Assembly (NCBI GenBank): GCA_964608185.1 | Contig: CAZSMR010000002.1 | Span: 3,494-64,151 of the forward strand | Length of the DNA stretch: 60,658 nucleotides | Reading direction: 5' to 3' | From: an uncultured Porticoccus sp. | GTDB taxonomy: Bacteria; Pseudomonadota; Gammaproteobacteria; Pseudomonadales; Porticoccaceae | In this document: in pieces, positions 1 to 10,723 of the stretch | Numbering within the stretch: position 1 is the first letter of the stretch | How the letters are laid out: each line of letters opens with the position of its first letter | Position numbers and translations under genes: made by a program | The notes under the pieces: model-generated | Databases searched by the model: none | Told to the model about the DNA's origin: nothing | Seen by the model: the letters and a program-made list of their open reading frames with translations, nothing else

Positions 1-615
1 GATCTAGAGCGTGCAATTGAATTAATGACAGAGCACGTCAGTCGTCCTGAAGAGCTTCATGGGTCAACCTACAAGGTAAAAACCCCGCAGTCTGAGCATG
101 CGTTATATATAACTATTAATGATATTATTTTGAATCCTGGTACGGATAATGAGCAGAGACGCCCATTTGAGATTTTTATCAATTCAAAAAATATGGAGCA
201 GTTTCAGTGGGTAGTAGCATTAACCAGAGTAATTTCAGCCGTTTTTCGAAAGGGTGGAGATTGCACTTTCTTAGCTGAAGAATTAAAAGCAGTGTTTGAC
301 CCTCAAGGAGGTTACTTTAAACGTGGAGGAAAGTTTATGCCTTCTTTGGTTGCAGAAATTGGTGTAGCTATCGAGGATCATTTGACTAAAATAGGTATGA
401 TTAAAGTTAGTGAAATTACTGATGATCAAAAAGAGGCCCTTGTTGAGAAGAGAGTAGAATATGATGCAAGATCATCTTCTGTTAGTGAAAATTGTGACAC
501 AGATAACACATTCCCTGCTAGTGCGAGCCTCTGTCGGAAATGTATGACCAAAGCTACTATTTTGATGGATGGATGTATGACTTGTTTGAATTGTGGCGAA
601 TCAAAGTGTGGTTAA
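1..615 (+). CDS. nrdJb: Class II (B12-dependent) ribonucleotide reductase small subunit NrdJb (TSCPD domain), probably 5'-truncated
   Basis: RPEELHGSTYKVKTP..EHALYITIND, PFEIFINSKNM, FDPQGGYFKRGG and a C-terminal CRKC..DGCMTCLNCGESKCG Cys cluster. The frame is open from base 1 (DLERAIELM), so the true start may lie upstream of the window. Confidence 0.85.
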   Translation, partial: DLERAIELMTEHVSRPEELHGSTYKVKTPQSEHALYITINDIILNPGTDNEQRRPFEIFINSKNMEQFQWVVALTRVISAVFRKGGDCTFLAEELKAVFDPQGGYFKRGGKFMPSLVAEIGVAIEDHLTKIGMIKVSEITDDQKEALVEKRVEYDARSSSVSENCDTDNTFPASASLCRKCMTKATILMDGCMTCLNCGESKCG

Positions 616-799
616 TATAGTAACTTTATAATGAAATGTCCTACATAGAGCCCTTTTAAAACAAGGCTTTGCTAGCAATGCCAGCTGCTAGAATCTTATG
701 TAATTTTATATTTTATACGTTAAGCTGGCTCCAGTATTTGAATACCTTTCGATAGACTCTAATTTTTTTTAAATTGTTTTTTTCTAGAAAATTATATTT

Positions 800-1930
800 A
801 TGACTAAAAACAAAAATATTGAACTGAAGGCTACACCTCTTAGGGAATTGCATCTGCAGTTAGATGCCCGAATGGTAGCTTTTGCGGGTTATGAGATGCC
901 AATACATTATTCTGATGGCATTAAAAAAGAACATCTCCATACAAGAGAAAGTGCTGGATTATTTGACGTTTCTCATATGGGGCAAATCACGGTTACTGGA
1001 GAGGGTGCCGCTGAAGCATTAGAGATGTTGGTTCCCGTTGAACTTGTAGATCTTGGAGTCAATAAGCAGACTTATGCCTTGTTGACTAACGAACAAGGAG
1101 GGATTCTCGATGATTTGATGATTGTTCGTTGGTCAAAAAATTGTTTTTTTCTTGTAGTGAATGCTGATCGAAAAGAGCAAGATCTTGCATATTTAAGAAG
1201 TAAACTTGAAGGCTTTCATGTGGACTATCTACATAATCGAGCCTTGCTCGCACTACAAGGCCCTGCAGCTATCAAGGTAGTTCAGGAATTAGCCTCAGAC
1301 CTAAAAGAGTTAGTGTTTATGTCTGGTGCTTGCGTTAATTTAGCTGGAATCGATTGTTATATCACGCGCTCAGGCTACACTGGTGAGGATGGGTTTGAGA
1401 TTTCTGTTTTGGCTAATTTCGCTGAAATTTTAGCTAAAAAGTTATTATCCTTTAAGCAGGTAAAGGCAGTTGGCTTAGGAGCTAGAGATTCATTAAGACT
1501 AGAAGCAGGACTTTGTCTTTATGGTCATGATATAGATACTAAAACAACACCAGCTCAGGCTTCTTTAGTTTGGAGCATTAGCAAATCACGTCGAGAGAAT
1601 GGTAAAAAATACGGCGGCTTTCCTGGAGCTAAGATTATTTTAGGGGAGTTAGCTCATGGTCCTACAAGAAAGCGAGTTGGGCTAAAAATAATAGGAAGAG
1701 CACCAGTTCGAGAGGGTGCTGAGTTAGTTGATAAAACAGGAAAAATCATTGGTATTGTTACCAGTGGTGGATTTGGACCAAGCTTAAATGCTCCAATTGC
1801 AATGGGTTATGTGGAGTCTGAGTACTCTGAAATAGGAGCTGAAATTGGGGCAGTTGTCCGCGACAAAATACACCCAGTCTCCGTTCAAAAAATGCCATTT
1901 TCCCCAAATCGTTATTTTCGAGGACTATAA
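800..1930 (+). CDS. gcvT: Glycine cleavage system aminomethyltransferase T
   Basis: AGLFDVSHMGQ, TRSGYTGEDGFEIS, GLGARDSLRLEAGLCLYG. Adjacent to gcvP. Confidence 0.96.
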   Translation: MTKNKNIELKATPLRELHLQLDARMVAFAGYEMPIHYSDGIKKEHLHTRESAGLFDVSHMGQITVTGEGAAEALEMLVPVELVDLGVNKQTYALLTNEQGGILDDLMIVRWSKNCFFLVVNADRKEQDLAYLRSKLEGFHVDYLHNRALLALQGPAAIKVVQELASDLKELVFMSGACVNLAGIDCYITRSGYTGEDGFEISVLANFAEILAKKLLSFKQVKAVGLGARDSLRLEAGLCLYGHDIDTKTTPAQASLVWSISKSRRENGKKYGGFPGAKIILGELAHGPTRKRVGLKIIGRAPVREGAELVDKTGKIIGIVTSGGFGPSLNAPIAMGYVESEYSEIGAEIGAVVRDKIHPVSVQKMPFSPNRYFRGL

Positions 1931-2012
1931 ACTAGTCAAATTATTTTATTTCTCTCCGTTAGAGACTAAAAGTTAATAGAAATTTTAATTATAAAAATAG
2001 AGATACTAATTC

Positions 2013-4868
2013 ATGAAATCGTTAGTAGAGCTTTCTAATAGCAATGAGTTTGTTCGTCGTCACATAGGCCCGTCTAATGCAGACAAACTGGCAATGCTTA
2101 AAAGTATTGGCTACGATTCTTTAGACTTATTTATTGATGCAGTAGTACCAGAAAAAATTCACTACCAACAGCCCCTTGATTTGGCTGATGCAATAACAGA
2201 AAGAGAGGCGCTGAGTAAATTAGCAGCTATTGCCAGAAAAAATAAAGTGTTAAAAAACTTTATCGGTCAAGGTTATTATAACACTTTAACTCCGAACGTA
2301 ATATTACGGAACGTACTTGAAAATCCAGCATGGTATACCGCGTATACCCCCTATCAACCAGAAATTTCACAAGGACGGCTTGAGGCGCTACTAAATTTTC
2401 AAACGATGATCGTCGAACTAACAGGAATGGATTTAGCCAGCGCATCGTTGCTAGATGAAGGAACTGCTGCAGCAGAGGCAATGACACTTTGTCGGAGAAT
2501 GTCTAAATCAAAAGAAGCAATATTTTTTGTTGATGAGCATTGTTTTCCGCAAACAATTGATGTAATAAAAACTCGTGCAGAACCGATCGGTATAGAGATA
2601 GTTATTGGCAAAGTATCAGATATAGAAAATTATAATTTCTTTGGGGCATTGCTTCAGTATCCGGGAGAAGATGGCTCTATCAGAGATTTTAGTGAGGCCA
2701 TAACCGTTATCCATAAAAAGCAAGGATTGGTAGTAATGGCTGCAGATATACTGAGTTTATTATTACTTAAAAGTCCAGGAGAAATTGGAGCTGATGTAGC
2801 TATAGGCTGCACACAAAGATTTGGCATTCCTTTAGGTTTTGGAGGCCCTCATGCAGCTTATATGGCAACAAAAAATTTATTCAAGCGCTCACTTCCGGGC
2901 CGTCTTGTTGGCGTCTCAATCGACGCTAGTGGCAAACCAGCTTATCGGTTGGCACTTCAAACACGTGAGCAACATATTCGAAGAGAAAAGGCTACTAGTA
3001 ACATATGCACTGCGCAGGCATTATTAGCAGTAATGGCAAGTATGTATGCCGTATATCACGGCCCCGATGGACTTAAGTGTATTGCTGAAAGAGTTAGTCG
3101 CCTTACATCTATATTAGCATCTGGCCTTAAAAAAATCGGGTGCACAATAGTAAATGATAGTTTCTTTGATACTCTTACCATGCAAACTGGTAAAGATACT
3201 GAGGAGATTCATAGCTTAGCTGTTAGGCAAGGCTTTAATTTACGTGTGATAGATAACTCCCATTTAGGTATATCTCTAGACGAGACTACATGCCCTAATG
3301 ATGTAGAGAAGCTTTGGCGTTTATTTGATAAGAATACTAATTTATTAGTTGCTGAGCTTGACTTAATATCGCCAAGCGGGATCCCAGAAAAGCTATCAAG
3401 AAAAGACTCACCGTTAACTCATCCAGTATTTAATATCTATCATTCGGAGACAGAAATGCTGCGTTATCTGAGAAAACTTTCAGATAAAGATATTGCACTA
3501 GATAGATCTATGATACCCCTGGGTTCATGCACTATGAAGTTGAATTCTTCTTCTGAAATGTTGCCTATAAGCTGGCCAGAATTTGCAAATATTCATCCTT
3601 TTGCTCCGTGTGATCAGGCGTCAGGGTACATAGAAATGATAGAAGAAGTTGAGTCTATGTTATGTGTTGTTACAGGTTATGATGCAGTGTCTTTACAGCC
3701 TAATGCAGGATCTCAAGGAGAGTATGCTGGACTACTAGCTATTCGTGCCTACCATGCTAGTCGAGGAGAATCACACCGTAATATATGCTTAATACCTAGT
3801 TCTGCTCATGGCACAAATCCTGCATCTGCTCAAATGTGTGGTATGACTGTGGTGGTAACTAGTTGTGATGATATGGGTAATGTTGACCTAAAAGAACTTC
3901 GACAAAAAGCGGCGCAATATGCAGATAATTTAGCAGCCATAATGGTGACTTATCCTTCTACTCATGGGGTATTTGAGGAGGGTATTATTGAGGTATGTGA
4001 GATAGTTCATCAACATGGAGGCCAAGTATATATTGATGGCGCTAACTTAAATGCTATGGTGGGAGTTTGTAGGCCAGGAAAATTTGGTGGTGATGTATCT
4101 CATTTAAATCTTCATAAGACATTTTGCATTCCTCATGGGGGTGGTGGGCCAGGAGTTGGACCAGTTGCGGTCAGCGAACACTTGGCGCCATATCTTCCAG
4201 GACACAAAAAGCTTCCTCAGAAGTCTATAATTAATACAGTTTCATCTGCACCATGGGGCAGCGCGAGTATCTTGCCGATCACTTGGATGTATATGAAAAT
4301 GATGGGATCAGCAGGATTAAAGCATGCAACAGAGATAGCTATCCTTAATGCAAATTATATTGCAGATCGACTTAAGAATGCTTATACAATTCTTTATACA
4401 GGTAAAAATGGTAGAGTTGCTCATGAATGCATTATAGATCTGAGAAATATTAAAGATGAGGTAGGTGTTTCAGTAGATGACATAGCCAAGAGGCTTATAG
4501 ATTACGGTTTCCATGCACCCACTATGTCATTCCCTGTTCCGGGCACTTTGATGATTGAACCCACTGAAAGTGAATCAAAAGAAGAACTAGATAGATTTTG
4601 TGATGCTATGTTAGAAATTCACAAAGAAATAATGTCCGTCCAGCAAGGCGACTATCCTACTGATGATAACCCCTTAGTTCACGCACCTCATACAGCTGAT
4701 ATTGTGATTTCTGATAATTGGAATAGGCCTTACACTAGAGAAAAAGCTGCTTATCCACTTGCTTCGCTTAAAAACTCAAAATATTGGCCACCTGTAGGAA
4801 GAATAGATAACGTCCATGGTGATAAAAACTTAATTTGTGCTCGTTTGCCGATCTCTGAATATGAATGA
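2013..4868 (+). CDS. gcvP: Glycine dehydrogenase (decarboxylating), single-chain P protein
   Basis: [36 protein letters not shown]-lysine motif [18 protein letters not shown]. 951 aa. Confidence 0.98.
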   Translation: MKSLVELSNSNEFVRRHIGPSNADKLAMLKSIGYDSLDLFIDAVVPEKIHYQQPLDLADAITEREALSKLAAIARKNKVLKNFIGQGYYNTLTPNVILRNVLENPAWYTAYTPYQPEISQGRLEALLNFQTMIVELTGMDLASASLLDEGTAAAEAMTLCRRMSKSKEAIFFVDEHCFPQTIDVIKTRAEPIGIEIVIGKVSDIENYNFFGALLQYPGEDGSIRDFSEAITVIHKKQGLVVMAADILSLLLLKSPGEIGADVAIGCTQRFGIPLGFGGPHAAYMATKNLFKRSLPGRLVGVSIDASGKPAYRLALQTREQHIRREKATSNICTAQALLAVMASMYAVYHGPDGLKCIAERVSRLTSILASGLKKIGCTIVNDSFFDTLTMQTGKDTEEIHSLAVRQGFNLRVIDNSHLGISLDETTCPNDVEKLWRLFDKNTNLLVAELDLISPSGIPEKLSRKDSPLTHPVFNIYHSETEMLRYLRKLSDKDIALDRSMIPLGSCTMKLNSSSEMLPISWPEFANIHPFAPCDQASGYIEMIEEVESMLCVVTGYDAVSLQPNAGSQGEYAGLLAIRAYHASRGESHRNICLIPSSAHGTNPASAQMCGMTVVVTSCDDMGNVDLKELRQKAAQYADNLAAIMVTYPSTHGVFEEGIIEVCEIVHQHGGQVYIDGANLNAMVGVCRPGKFGGDVSHLNLHKTFCIPHGGGGPGVGPVAVSEHLAPYLPGHKKLPQKSIINTVSSAPWGSASILPITWMYMKMMGSAGLKHATEIAILNANYIADRLKNAYTILYTGKNGRVAHECIIDLRNIKDEVGVSVDDIAKRLIDYGFHAPTMSFPVPGTLMIEPTESESKEELDRFCDAMLEIHKEIMSVQQGDYPTDDNPLVHAPHTADIVISDNWNRPYTREKAAYPLASLKNSKYWPPVGRIDNVHGDKNLICARLPISEYE

Positions 4869-4883
4869 TTATATCTGAGACGC

Positions 4884-5657
4884 CTACTTTAAATCACTTA
4901 AGAACTCTAGAACAATTTGATTGAACTCTTTTGGTTTTTCTGTATGCAACCAATGGCCTGCTTCCTTTATAGTTTTATATTGAGCTTTGGGAAACAATCC
5001 TAATATATTACCGAGGTGCTTATTTTTAACGTAAGGAGATTTTTCTCCTTTAATAAAAAGAGAAGGACCCATATAGGGTTTTCCGACAGGAGCTAAGTTT
5101 AATTTGCTCTGATAATTAGAATTAATGCTTTCCATAAAAAGCTGCAATCCATAAGACCGATCTTTTTTTTGAAACAGATTTTTCAAAAGAAAACCTCTCG
5201 TGGTCCCATCGCTGACGTAAAATGATAGAATCTCGTCAGCTTTTTTTCTAGATAAGAGGTTAGTTTTAACTAAGGCGTTTAAGCCCTCAATAGTTTTACT
5301 GTGTTCACTTGACTCATAATCAATAGGCGAAATATCCACAATAATAACCCTACTTACTCGATGAGCATGATTTAGAGCTACCTGCATAGCAACTTTACCG
5401 CCCATAGAGTGTCCGATTAGCGTGGCTTGAATGATATTTAAATCATCCATCAGTTCGATGATATCGTCTGCCATGCATGGATAATTCATTTCCTGACACT
5501 GGGGGGATTTTCCATGGTTCCGAAGATCCGGTGAAATTATCATATTGCTTGAAGAAAGAGTTCGACCTAGTAGCCCTAAATTACTTCCTGAACCAAATAA
5601 TCCATGAAGTAATATCACTGCTTCGCCACAACCTTGAATAGTATATTGTAATTTCAC
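4884..5657 (-). CDS. YbfF-like alpha/beta-hydrolase (esterase)
   Basis: HGLFGS, DLRNHG, nucleophile GHSMGG, GHWLH. Start moved to GTG at 5657 (VKLQYTIQG), which removes the overlap with gabD and gives 257 aa. Confidence 0.85.
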   Translation of the reverse strand: MKLQYTIQGCGEAVILLHGLFGSGSNLGLLGRTLSSSNMIISPDLRNHGKSPQCQEMNYPCMADDIIELMDDLNIIQATLIGHSMGGKVAMQVALNHAHRVSRVIIVDISPIDYESSEHSKTIEGLNALVKTNLLSRKKADEILSFYVSDGTTRGFLLKNLFQKKDRSYGLQLFMESINSNYQSKLNLAPVGKPYMGPSLFIKGEKSPYVKNKHLGNILGLFPKAQYKTIKEAGHWLHTEKPKEFNQIVLEFLSDLK

Positions 5658-5752
5658 AGTCTTCAGTCTTATTGGTGATGAACTTCTGAAAATATATATT
5701 TTACAGAATTTTTTTAAGGCAATAAAATCATAGTATGATCGAAACTTTCTAA

Positions 5753-7222
5753 TTAAGGTTCCAGCCCACCGAGACAAATATATTTTAGCTCTAGATAATC
5801 ATTTAGGCCATACTTTGATCCTTCTCGACCATGTCCTGATTGTTTTGTTCCACCAAAGGGAGCCATTTCACTTGAAATTGAACTTTCATTAATTCCAATA
5901 ATTCCACAATCTAGCTGCTTGGCCACCCTTGAAATTTTTGCGTTATCACGAGTATAGAGATACGCTGCTAAACCATGTACAGTATTATTTGCTAGCGATA
6001 TAGCTTCAGCTTCTGTGTCAAACTTAAACAAAGGTGCTACAGGGCCAAAAATTTCTTCTGAAAAAACTCTCATATACTCATCAGCATTATCAAGAACTGT
6101 AGGCTCTATAAAATTTCTTCCTAGTTTTGAGCGTTGCCCGCCAACTAAAAGTTTTGAACCTTTTTCAAGAGCGTCTCCAATAAGCTCGCAGATACTATCA
6201 GCTGCTTCTTCATTTATTAGAGGGCCAACAGACGTCCCTTTTTTATTACCGAAGCCTAAAGTAAGGTTTTTTACAGCCTGGGTAAATTTTTTTGAAAACT
6301 CATCATAAACATCTGATTGGATTAGGAATCTATTTGCACAAATGCATGTTTGTCCAGCGTTTCTAAATTTTGATTTTATAGCACCCTCAACGGAGGCGTC
6401 TATATTTGCATCATTAAATACAATAAACGGAGCGTTTCCTCCTAGTTCCATAGATGTTCGTTTGACGGTACTTGCGCAAGACTCCATTAATTTTTTTCCT
6501 ATAGCAGTAGACCCAGTAAAAGAGATTTTTTTTACTTGTGGATTGCTTGTTAATTCAGTACCAATTTCTTCCGGGTTACCAGTTAGTATGTTTATTAGTC
6601 CTTTAGGCATATTAGCTCTTTCAGCTATAGCAACCAAAGCCATTGCAGAAAGCGGTGTTTTATCATCAGGCTTACATACAACACTACAACCAGCAGCTAG
6701 AGCTGGAGCGATTTTTCTAGCTAGCATAGCAAAGGGAAAATTCCAGGGTGTGATACATGCCACAACGCCTACTGGATTTTTAGTGACAAATAATTTTTTA
6801 TCACCCGTTGATTCAGGTATCAGATCTCCATAGATTCGCTTCGCCTCTTCAGCAAACCATTCAATATATTTTGCTCCATAAGTAACTTCTGCTCGAGACT
6901 CCTCTAATGGTTTACCTTGTTCTGCTGTAATAATTTGGGAAATATCTTCCTTATTTTCAATAACTAAATTGTACCAATTGCGTATTAATTTTGATCTGTC
7001 GTAAGGACTCACTTTAGCCCATAGCTCCTGAGCTAGTTTTGCAGATTCGATCATCCTCTTGGTTTCTCTAGCTCCACATTTAGCAACTTCAGTTATTAAA
7101 TCACCACTAGCGGGATTTGTAATATTAAGAGTTTCTCCGCTATCAGAATTAATCCATTTTCCACCAACAAAAGATTTAGTTTTGAGGAGAGAGGGATCTT
7201 TTAAAACCAAAATATTGTTCAT
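5753..7222 (-). CDS. gabD: NAD(P)-dependent succinate-semialdehyde dehydrogenase
   Basis: ITPWNFP, SFTGST, MELGGNAPFIV, KFRNAGQTCICANR, EEIFGP, GREGSKYG. ATG at 7222 preferred over TTG at 7228. Confidence 0.9.
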   Translation of the reverse strand: MNNILVLKDPSLLKTKSFVGGKWINSDSGETLNITNPASGDLITEVAKCGARETKRMIESAKLAQELWAKVSPYDRSKLIRNWYNLVIENKEDISQIITAEQGKPLEESRAEVTYGAKYIEWFAEEAKRIYGDLIPESTGDKKLFVTKNPVGVVACITPWNFPFAMLARKIAPALAAGCSVVCKPDDKTPLSAMALVAIAERANMPKGLINILTGNPEEIGTELTSNPQVKKISFTGSTAIGKKLMESCASTVKRTSMELGGNAPFIVFNDANIDASVEGAIKSKFRNAGQTCICANRFLIQSDVYDEFSKKFTQAVKNLTLGFGNKKGTSVGPLINEEAADSICELIGDALEKGSKLLVGGQRSKLGRNFIEPTVLDNADEYMRVFSEEIFGPVAPLFKFDTEAEAISLANNTVHGLAAYLYTRDNAKISRVAKQLDCGIIGINESSISSEMAPFGGTKQSGHGREGSKYGLNDYLELKYICLGGLEP

Positions 7223-7321
7223 ATGCAACCTAGTTAAAATATAATTAAGTTTTTTATTGAGTTGTTGTTAGGGTTTTCGTCCTTCTAGCATTAAATTATT
7301 ATTTAAATAATGATTAGTATT

Positions 7322-8335
7322 CTATTTTTTTAGTTGGTCTTTGCAATAATTTCTTGGAGTTAATCCTGTCCAGTGTTTAAAAGCTCTAGTAAAAGATCTA
7401 GGTTCAGTGAACCCAACAATCTCGGAAACCTCTTCAACTGACAGTTTTTCTATAACCAGCTTTTTAATAGCAAGTTCTCGTCTCATATCATCCTTTATTT
7501 TCTGATAACTTGTCCCTTCATTCTTAAGATTTCGGTACAGCATCAGAGTATTCATGTTTAGTTTTTCTGCTAATATATCTGCTTTAGGAAAATATAATCT
7601 TACAAAGTTTTCTCCAGTAATTTCCCTTTCTATTTTTGACTCTAAACTAACTTTGTCTCCAGGAATTGTCATGATTTTAGCAGGATGATTTGCTAAAAAT
7701 TCTTCCATTTCTTTTTTTGAACGCATCAGAGGTTTATCAAGGTATCTAGCATCAAAAAATATACTATTGTATGACTGTTCAAATAACAGATTTCCTGGAA
7801 ACATAATTTTAAGTTCATCGACATTATTTACTCCAGTTTGCATCAAGCTAACCCCTTTTAAGCGGATTGTTTCAGCTATATACCAGCTTGGAAAGCGATG
7901 CCAAATAACTAAAAGATATTGAGCTAAAAAATAATCTGGATCTAGTTCTGGATGTGTAAAATTGAATTGCAATTGGACAATATTATTTTCGTCTTTGTAA
8001 AGGCCAATTTTTATAGATTCTGTGATCAAACCGTAAAAGCTGATCATCTTCTCTAAAAGATCACCTAATGTTGCACAATGTGTCGAAAGTTCGCAAAACA
8101 GCTTAAAAATTCCATACTTGCAAGGTTGGTTCGTGAAACCCATAAATTCGTCATTTAATTCTTTCTGAACTGAACGAAAAAGTCGTGCTACTTGATCAGT
8201 ATGTATTCTACGCGCAGTTTGTCTTATAGCAGATGGGTTAATCCCAGCCCTGGCAAGTAATACAGAACAATCAAGTTTTTTTTGACGTATACCATGAAGA
8301 CATGAAATGACGTGATGATGAGCAATTGTAGCGAT
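7322..8335 (-). CDS. AraC-family transcriptional regulator (OruR-like N-terminal domain), apparent ATC/ATT start
   Basis: C-terminal double HTH: LYRNLKNEGTSYQKIKDDMRRELA..VGFTEPRSFTRAFKHWTGLTP. The frame stays open for 65 codons upstream of ATG 8143 and encodes family-typical LLARAGINP..QVARLF..DEFMG. SD AGAGGA lies 7 nt before ATC at 8335. Confidence 0.88.
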   Translation of the reverse strand: MATIAHHHVISCLHGIRQKKLDCSVLLARAGINPSAIRQTARRIHTDQVARLFRSVQKELNDEFMGFTNQPCKYGIFKLFCELSTHCATLGDLLEKMISFYGLITESIKIGLYKDENNIVQLQFNFTHPELDPDYFLAQYLLVIWHRFPSWYIAETIRLKGVSLMQTGVNNVDELKIMFPGNLLFEQSYNSIFFDARYLDKPLMRSKKEMEEFLANHPAKIMTIPGDKVSLESKIEREITGENFVRLYFPKADILAEKLNMNTLMLYRNLKNEGTSYQKIKDDMRRELAIKKLVIEKLSVEEVSEIVGFTEPRSFTRAFKHWTGLTPRNYCKDQLKK

Positions 8336-8485
8336 AATCTATTCCTCTAAAATATATAAATTGGTGAGTTTAATTTAAATTATATAGATATATTGGCATA
8401 TTTTTTAAATTAAGTGAAACAATTAGTGAGTTAATAGGATAAAATTGGACCTTGTGTATATTTTTGAGGTAATCCATAGTAAAAA

Positions 8486-8494
8486 TGCTATAAC
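8486..8494 (+). promoter_or_regulatory. Candidate extended -10 element for the scpA operon
   Basis: TGCTATAAC (TGn + 5/6 TATAAT) about 65 nt upstream of scpA. No well-spaced -35, which fits activator dependence. Confidence 0.4.
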
Positions 8495-8560
8495 TATTAC
8501 TCCCGCTGACTGATAATAAGCTTAGAAGTCTCAGCTTTAATACAAGTGAGGATATACTCA

Positions 8561-10717
8561 ATGACAAATAAATTTAGACCCAATTTTTTAGATTGGGTGG
8601 ATCTAGCGAAAAAGGAAACAAAAAGTGAAGATCTAGATCATTTGCTGTGGAAAACCGCAGAGGGCATTGATATTAAACCTTTATATACGCCTGAGGATTT
8701 AGTTAAGTTAAAAAACCAAGAGAGCCTCCCTGGATTCATGCCCTATAAGCGAGGCCCAAAAGCTACAATGTATGCAGGACGACCATGGACGATACGTCAG
8801 TATGCAGGCTTTTCAACTGCAGAAGAATCTAATGCTTTTTACCGAAAAAATCTAGAGGCTGGGCAACAAGGCCTATCCGTGGCCTTTGATCTTCCTACTC
8901 ATCGTGGTTATGACTCTGATCATGAGAGAGTTCAGGGAGATGTTGGAAAGGCTGGCGTTGCGATTGATTCTGTTGAAGATATGAAGATTCTTTTTAAAGG
9001 AATTCCTTTAGACAAAGTCTCAGTTTCAATGACTATGAATGGCGCAGTGCTACCTGTTATGGCAAGTTTTATAGTTGCAGCGGAGGAGCAACAAGTTAAA
9101 CCAGAGGCACTCATGGGAACTCTTCAAAATGATATCTTGAAAGAGTTTATGGTTAGAAATACATATATTTATCCTCCTGCTCCCTCGATGAGAATTATCT
9201 CTGACATTATCGGTTATACCTCAGAATTTATGCCTAAGTTTAATTCTATCTCAATTTCCGGGTATCACATGCAGGAAGCAGGAGCTACAAATGTTCAAGA
9301 ATTAGCGTTCACTATTGCAGATGGTGTTGAATATGTGAGAACAGCAATAAATAGTGGCTTAGATGTTGATAGCTTTGCTCCAAGATTGTCATTTTTTTTT
9401 GCAATTGGTATGAATTTTTTTATGGAGATTGCAAAGCTTCGCGCAGCTAGAATTCTATGGTCAACATTAATGAAAGAAAAATTTGATCCTAAAAATGAGA
9501 AGTCATTAATGTTAAGAACCCATTGCCAAACTTCTGGAGTAAGCTTAACCAGTAAAGATCCTTATAATAATATAATGAGGACAACCATCGAGGCAATGTC
9601 CGCAATTTTTGGAGGCACTCAATCATTGCATACTAACGCATTTGACGAAGCCCTAGGATTGCCAACAGAGTTTGCAGCACGTATTGCAAGAAATACTCAA
9701 CTAGTTATTCAGGAAGAAACAGGTATTACCAACGTAGTCGACCCCCTTGCAGGATCCTATTATATTGAGACACTAACTGATCAGCTAGTAACAGCAGCTC
9801 GAGTATTAATTGATGAGGTGGAAGATATGGGCGGGATGACTAAGGCAGTTGAAACGGGTATGCCTAAGCTCAGTATAGAAAAAGCAGCAGCGTTAAAACA
9901 GGCAAGAATTGATCGGGGTGATGAGGTTATAGTTGGAGTTAATAAGTTTGAATTAACAGAAGAGCCTGATATAGAAGTTCTCGACATCGATAATGTAAAG
10001 GTACGTGACTCTCAGATCAAAAATTTGAAAAAAATTCACAAAGAACGTGATAATCATTTGTGTCAAAATGCTCTAGATGCACTTTCTGATTCAGCAAAGT
10101 CAGGGAATGGAAATTTACTAGCACTAGCTGTAGATGCAGCTCGCTTGAGAGCAACAGTTGGGGAGATTTCTTTTGCGCTAGAAAAAGAATGGGGAAGACA
10201 TCAGGCTGTGACGAAAACTATAAGTGGTGTATATGGCTCTGCCTATGAAGGAGATAAAGAGTTTGCTGACATACAGGCAAGGGTAGAAGAATTCGCTTCA
10301 GATACTGGGAGACGACCACGTATGCTCGTCGCTAAAATGGGACAAGATGGACATGATAGGGGGGCCAAAGTTATTGCTACAGCATTTGCTGATATTGGTT
10401 TCGATGTCGACATCAGCCCCATGTTTCAGACTCCGAAAGAGGCTGCCCGTATGGCGATCGAAAATGATGTACACATTGTAGGTGTTTCCTCTCAAGCCGC
10501 TGGACATAAAACATTGGTGCCTCAACTCATTAACGCGCTGGCTAACGATGGAGCAACAGATATTAAGGTAATTTGCGGTGGTGTGATTCCTCCTAAAGAT
10601 TATCAGGAGCTATATGATGCGGGAGTCATTGCTATATATGGGCCAGGTACAAATATACCTCAAGCCGCCAAAGAAATTCTAGATCTTCTTCGCAAAGACT
10701 CTAGTAGTGAAACATAG
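8561..10717 (+). CDS. scpA: Methylmalonyl-CoA mutase (AdoCbl-dependent)
   Basis: [36 protein letters not shown]12-binding [15 protein letters not shown] 8561 follows GAGGA. Confidence 0.97.
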   Translation: MTNKFRPNFLDWVDLAKKETKSEDLDHLLWKTAEGIDIKPLYTPEDLVKLKNQESLPGFMPYKRGPKATMYAGRPWTIRQYAGFSTAEESNAFYRKNLEAGQQGLSVAFDLPTHRGYDSDHERVQGDVGKAGVAIDSVEDMKILFKGIPLDKVSVSMTMNGAVLPVMASFIVAAEEQQVKPEALMGTLQNDILKEFMVRNTYIYPPAPSMRIISDIIGYTSEFMPKFNSISISGYHMQEAGATNVQELAFTIADGVEYVRTAINSGLDVDSFAPRLSFFFAIGMNFFMEIAKLRAARILWSTLMKEKFDPKNEKSLMLRTHCQTSGVSLTSKDPYNNIMRTTIEAMSAIFGGTQSLHTNAFDEALGLPTEFAARIARNTQLVIQEETGITNVVDPLAGSYYIETLTDQLVTAARVLIDEVEDMGGMTKAVETGMPKLSIEKAAALKQARIDRGDEVIVGVNKFELTEEPDIEVLDIDNVKVRDSQIKNLKKIHKERDNHLCQNALDALSDSAKSGNGNLLALAVDAARLRATVGEISFALEKEWGRHQAVTKTISGVYGSAYEGDKEFADIQARVEEFASDTGRRPRMLVAKMGQDGHDRGAKVIATAFADIGFDVDISPMFQTPKEAARMAIENDVHIVGVSSQAAGHKTLVPQLINALANDGATDIKVICGGVIPPKDYQELYDAGVIAIYGPGTNIPQAAKEILDLLRKDSSSET

Positions 10718-10723
10718 GAGATT

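Noticed and set aside
616-799. Glycine riboswitch upstream of gcvT
   Set aside because: The region is very AT-rich with only short palindromes and lacks the conserved aptamer motifs.
800-1930. GcvT-family protein as DMSP demethylase DmdA
   Set aside because: It has canonical GcvT motifs and lies directly upstream of gcvP.
6015-6833. Long antisense ORFs inside gabD, and similar ones inside yfjD, recJ, valS and pepA
   Set aside because: They are shadow frames of well-conserved genes and carry no motifs of their own.
8495-8560. Cobalamin riboswitch before scpA
   Set aside because: The leader is too short, has only a weak GCTGA/TCAGC stem, and shows no B12-box.
8370-8567. 65-aa minus-strand ORF
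   Set aside because: It covers the divergent promoter region, overlaps the scpA start and has no recognisable features.
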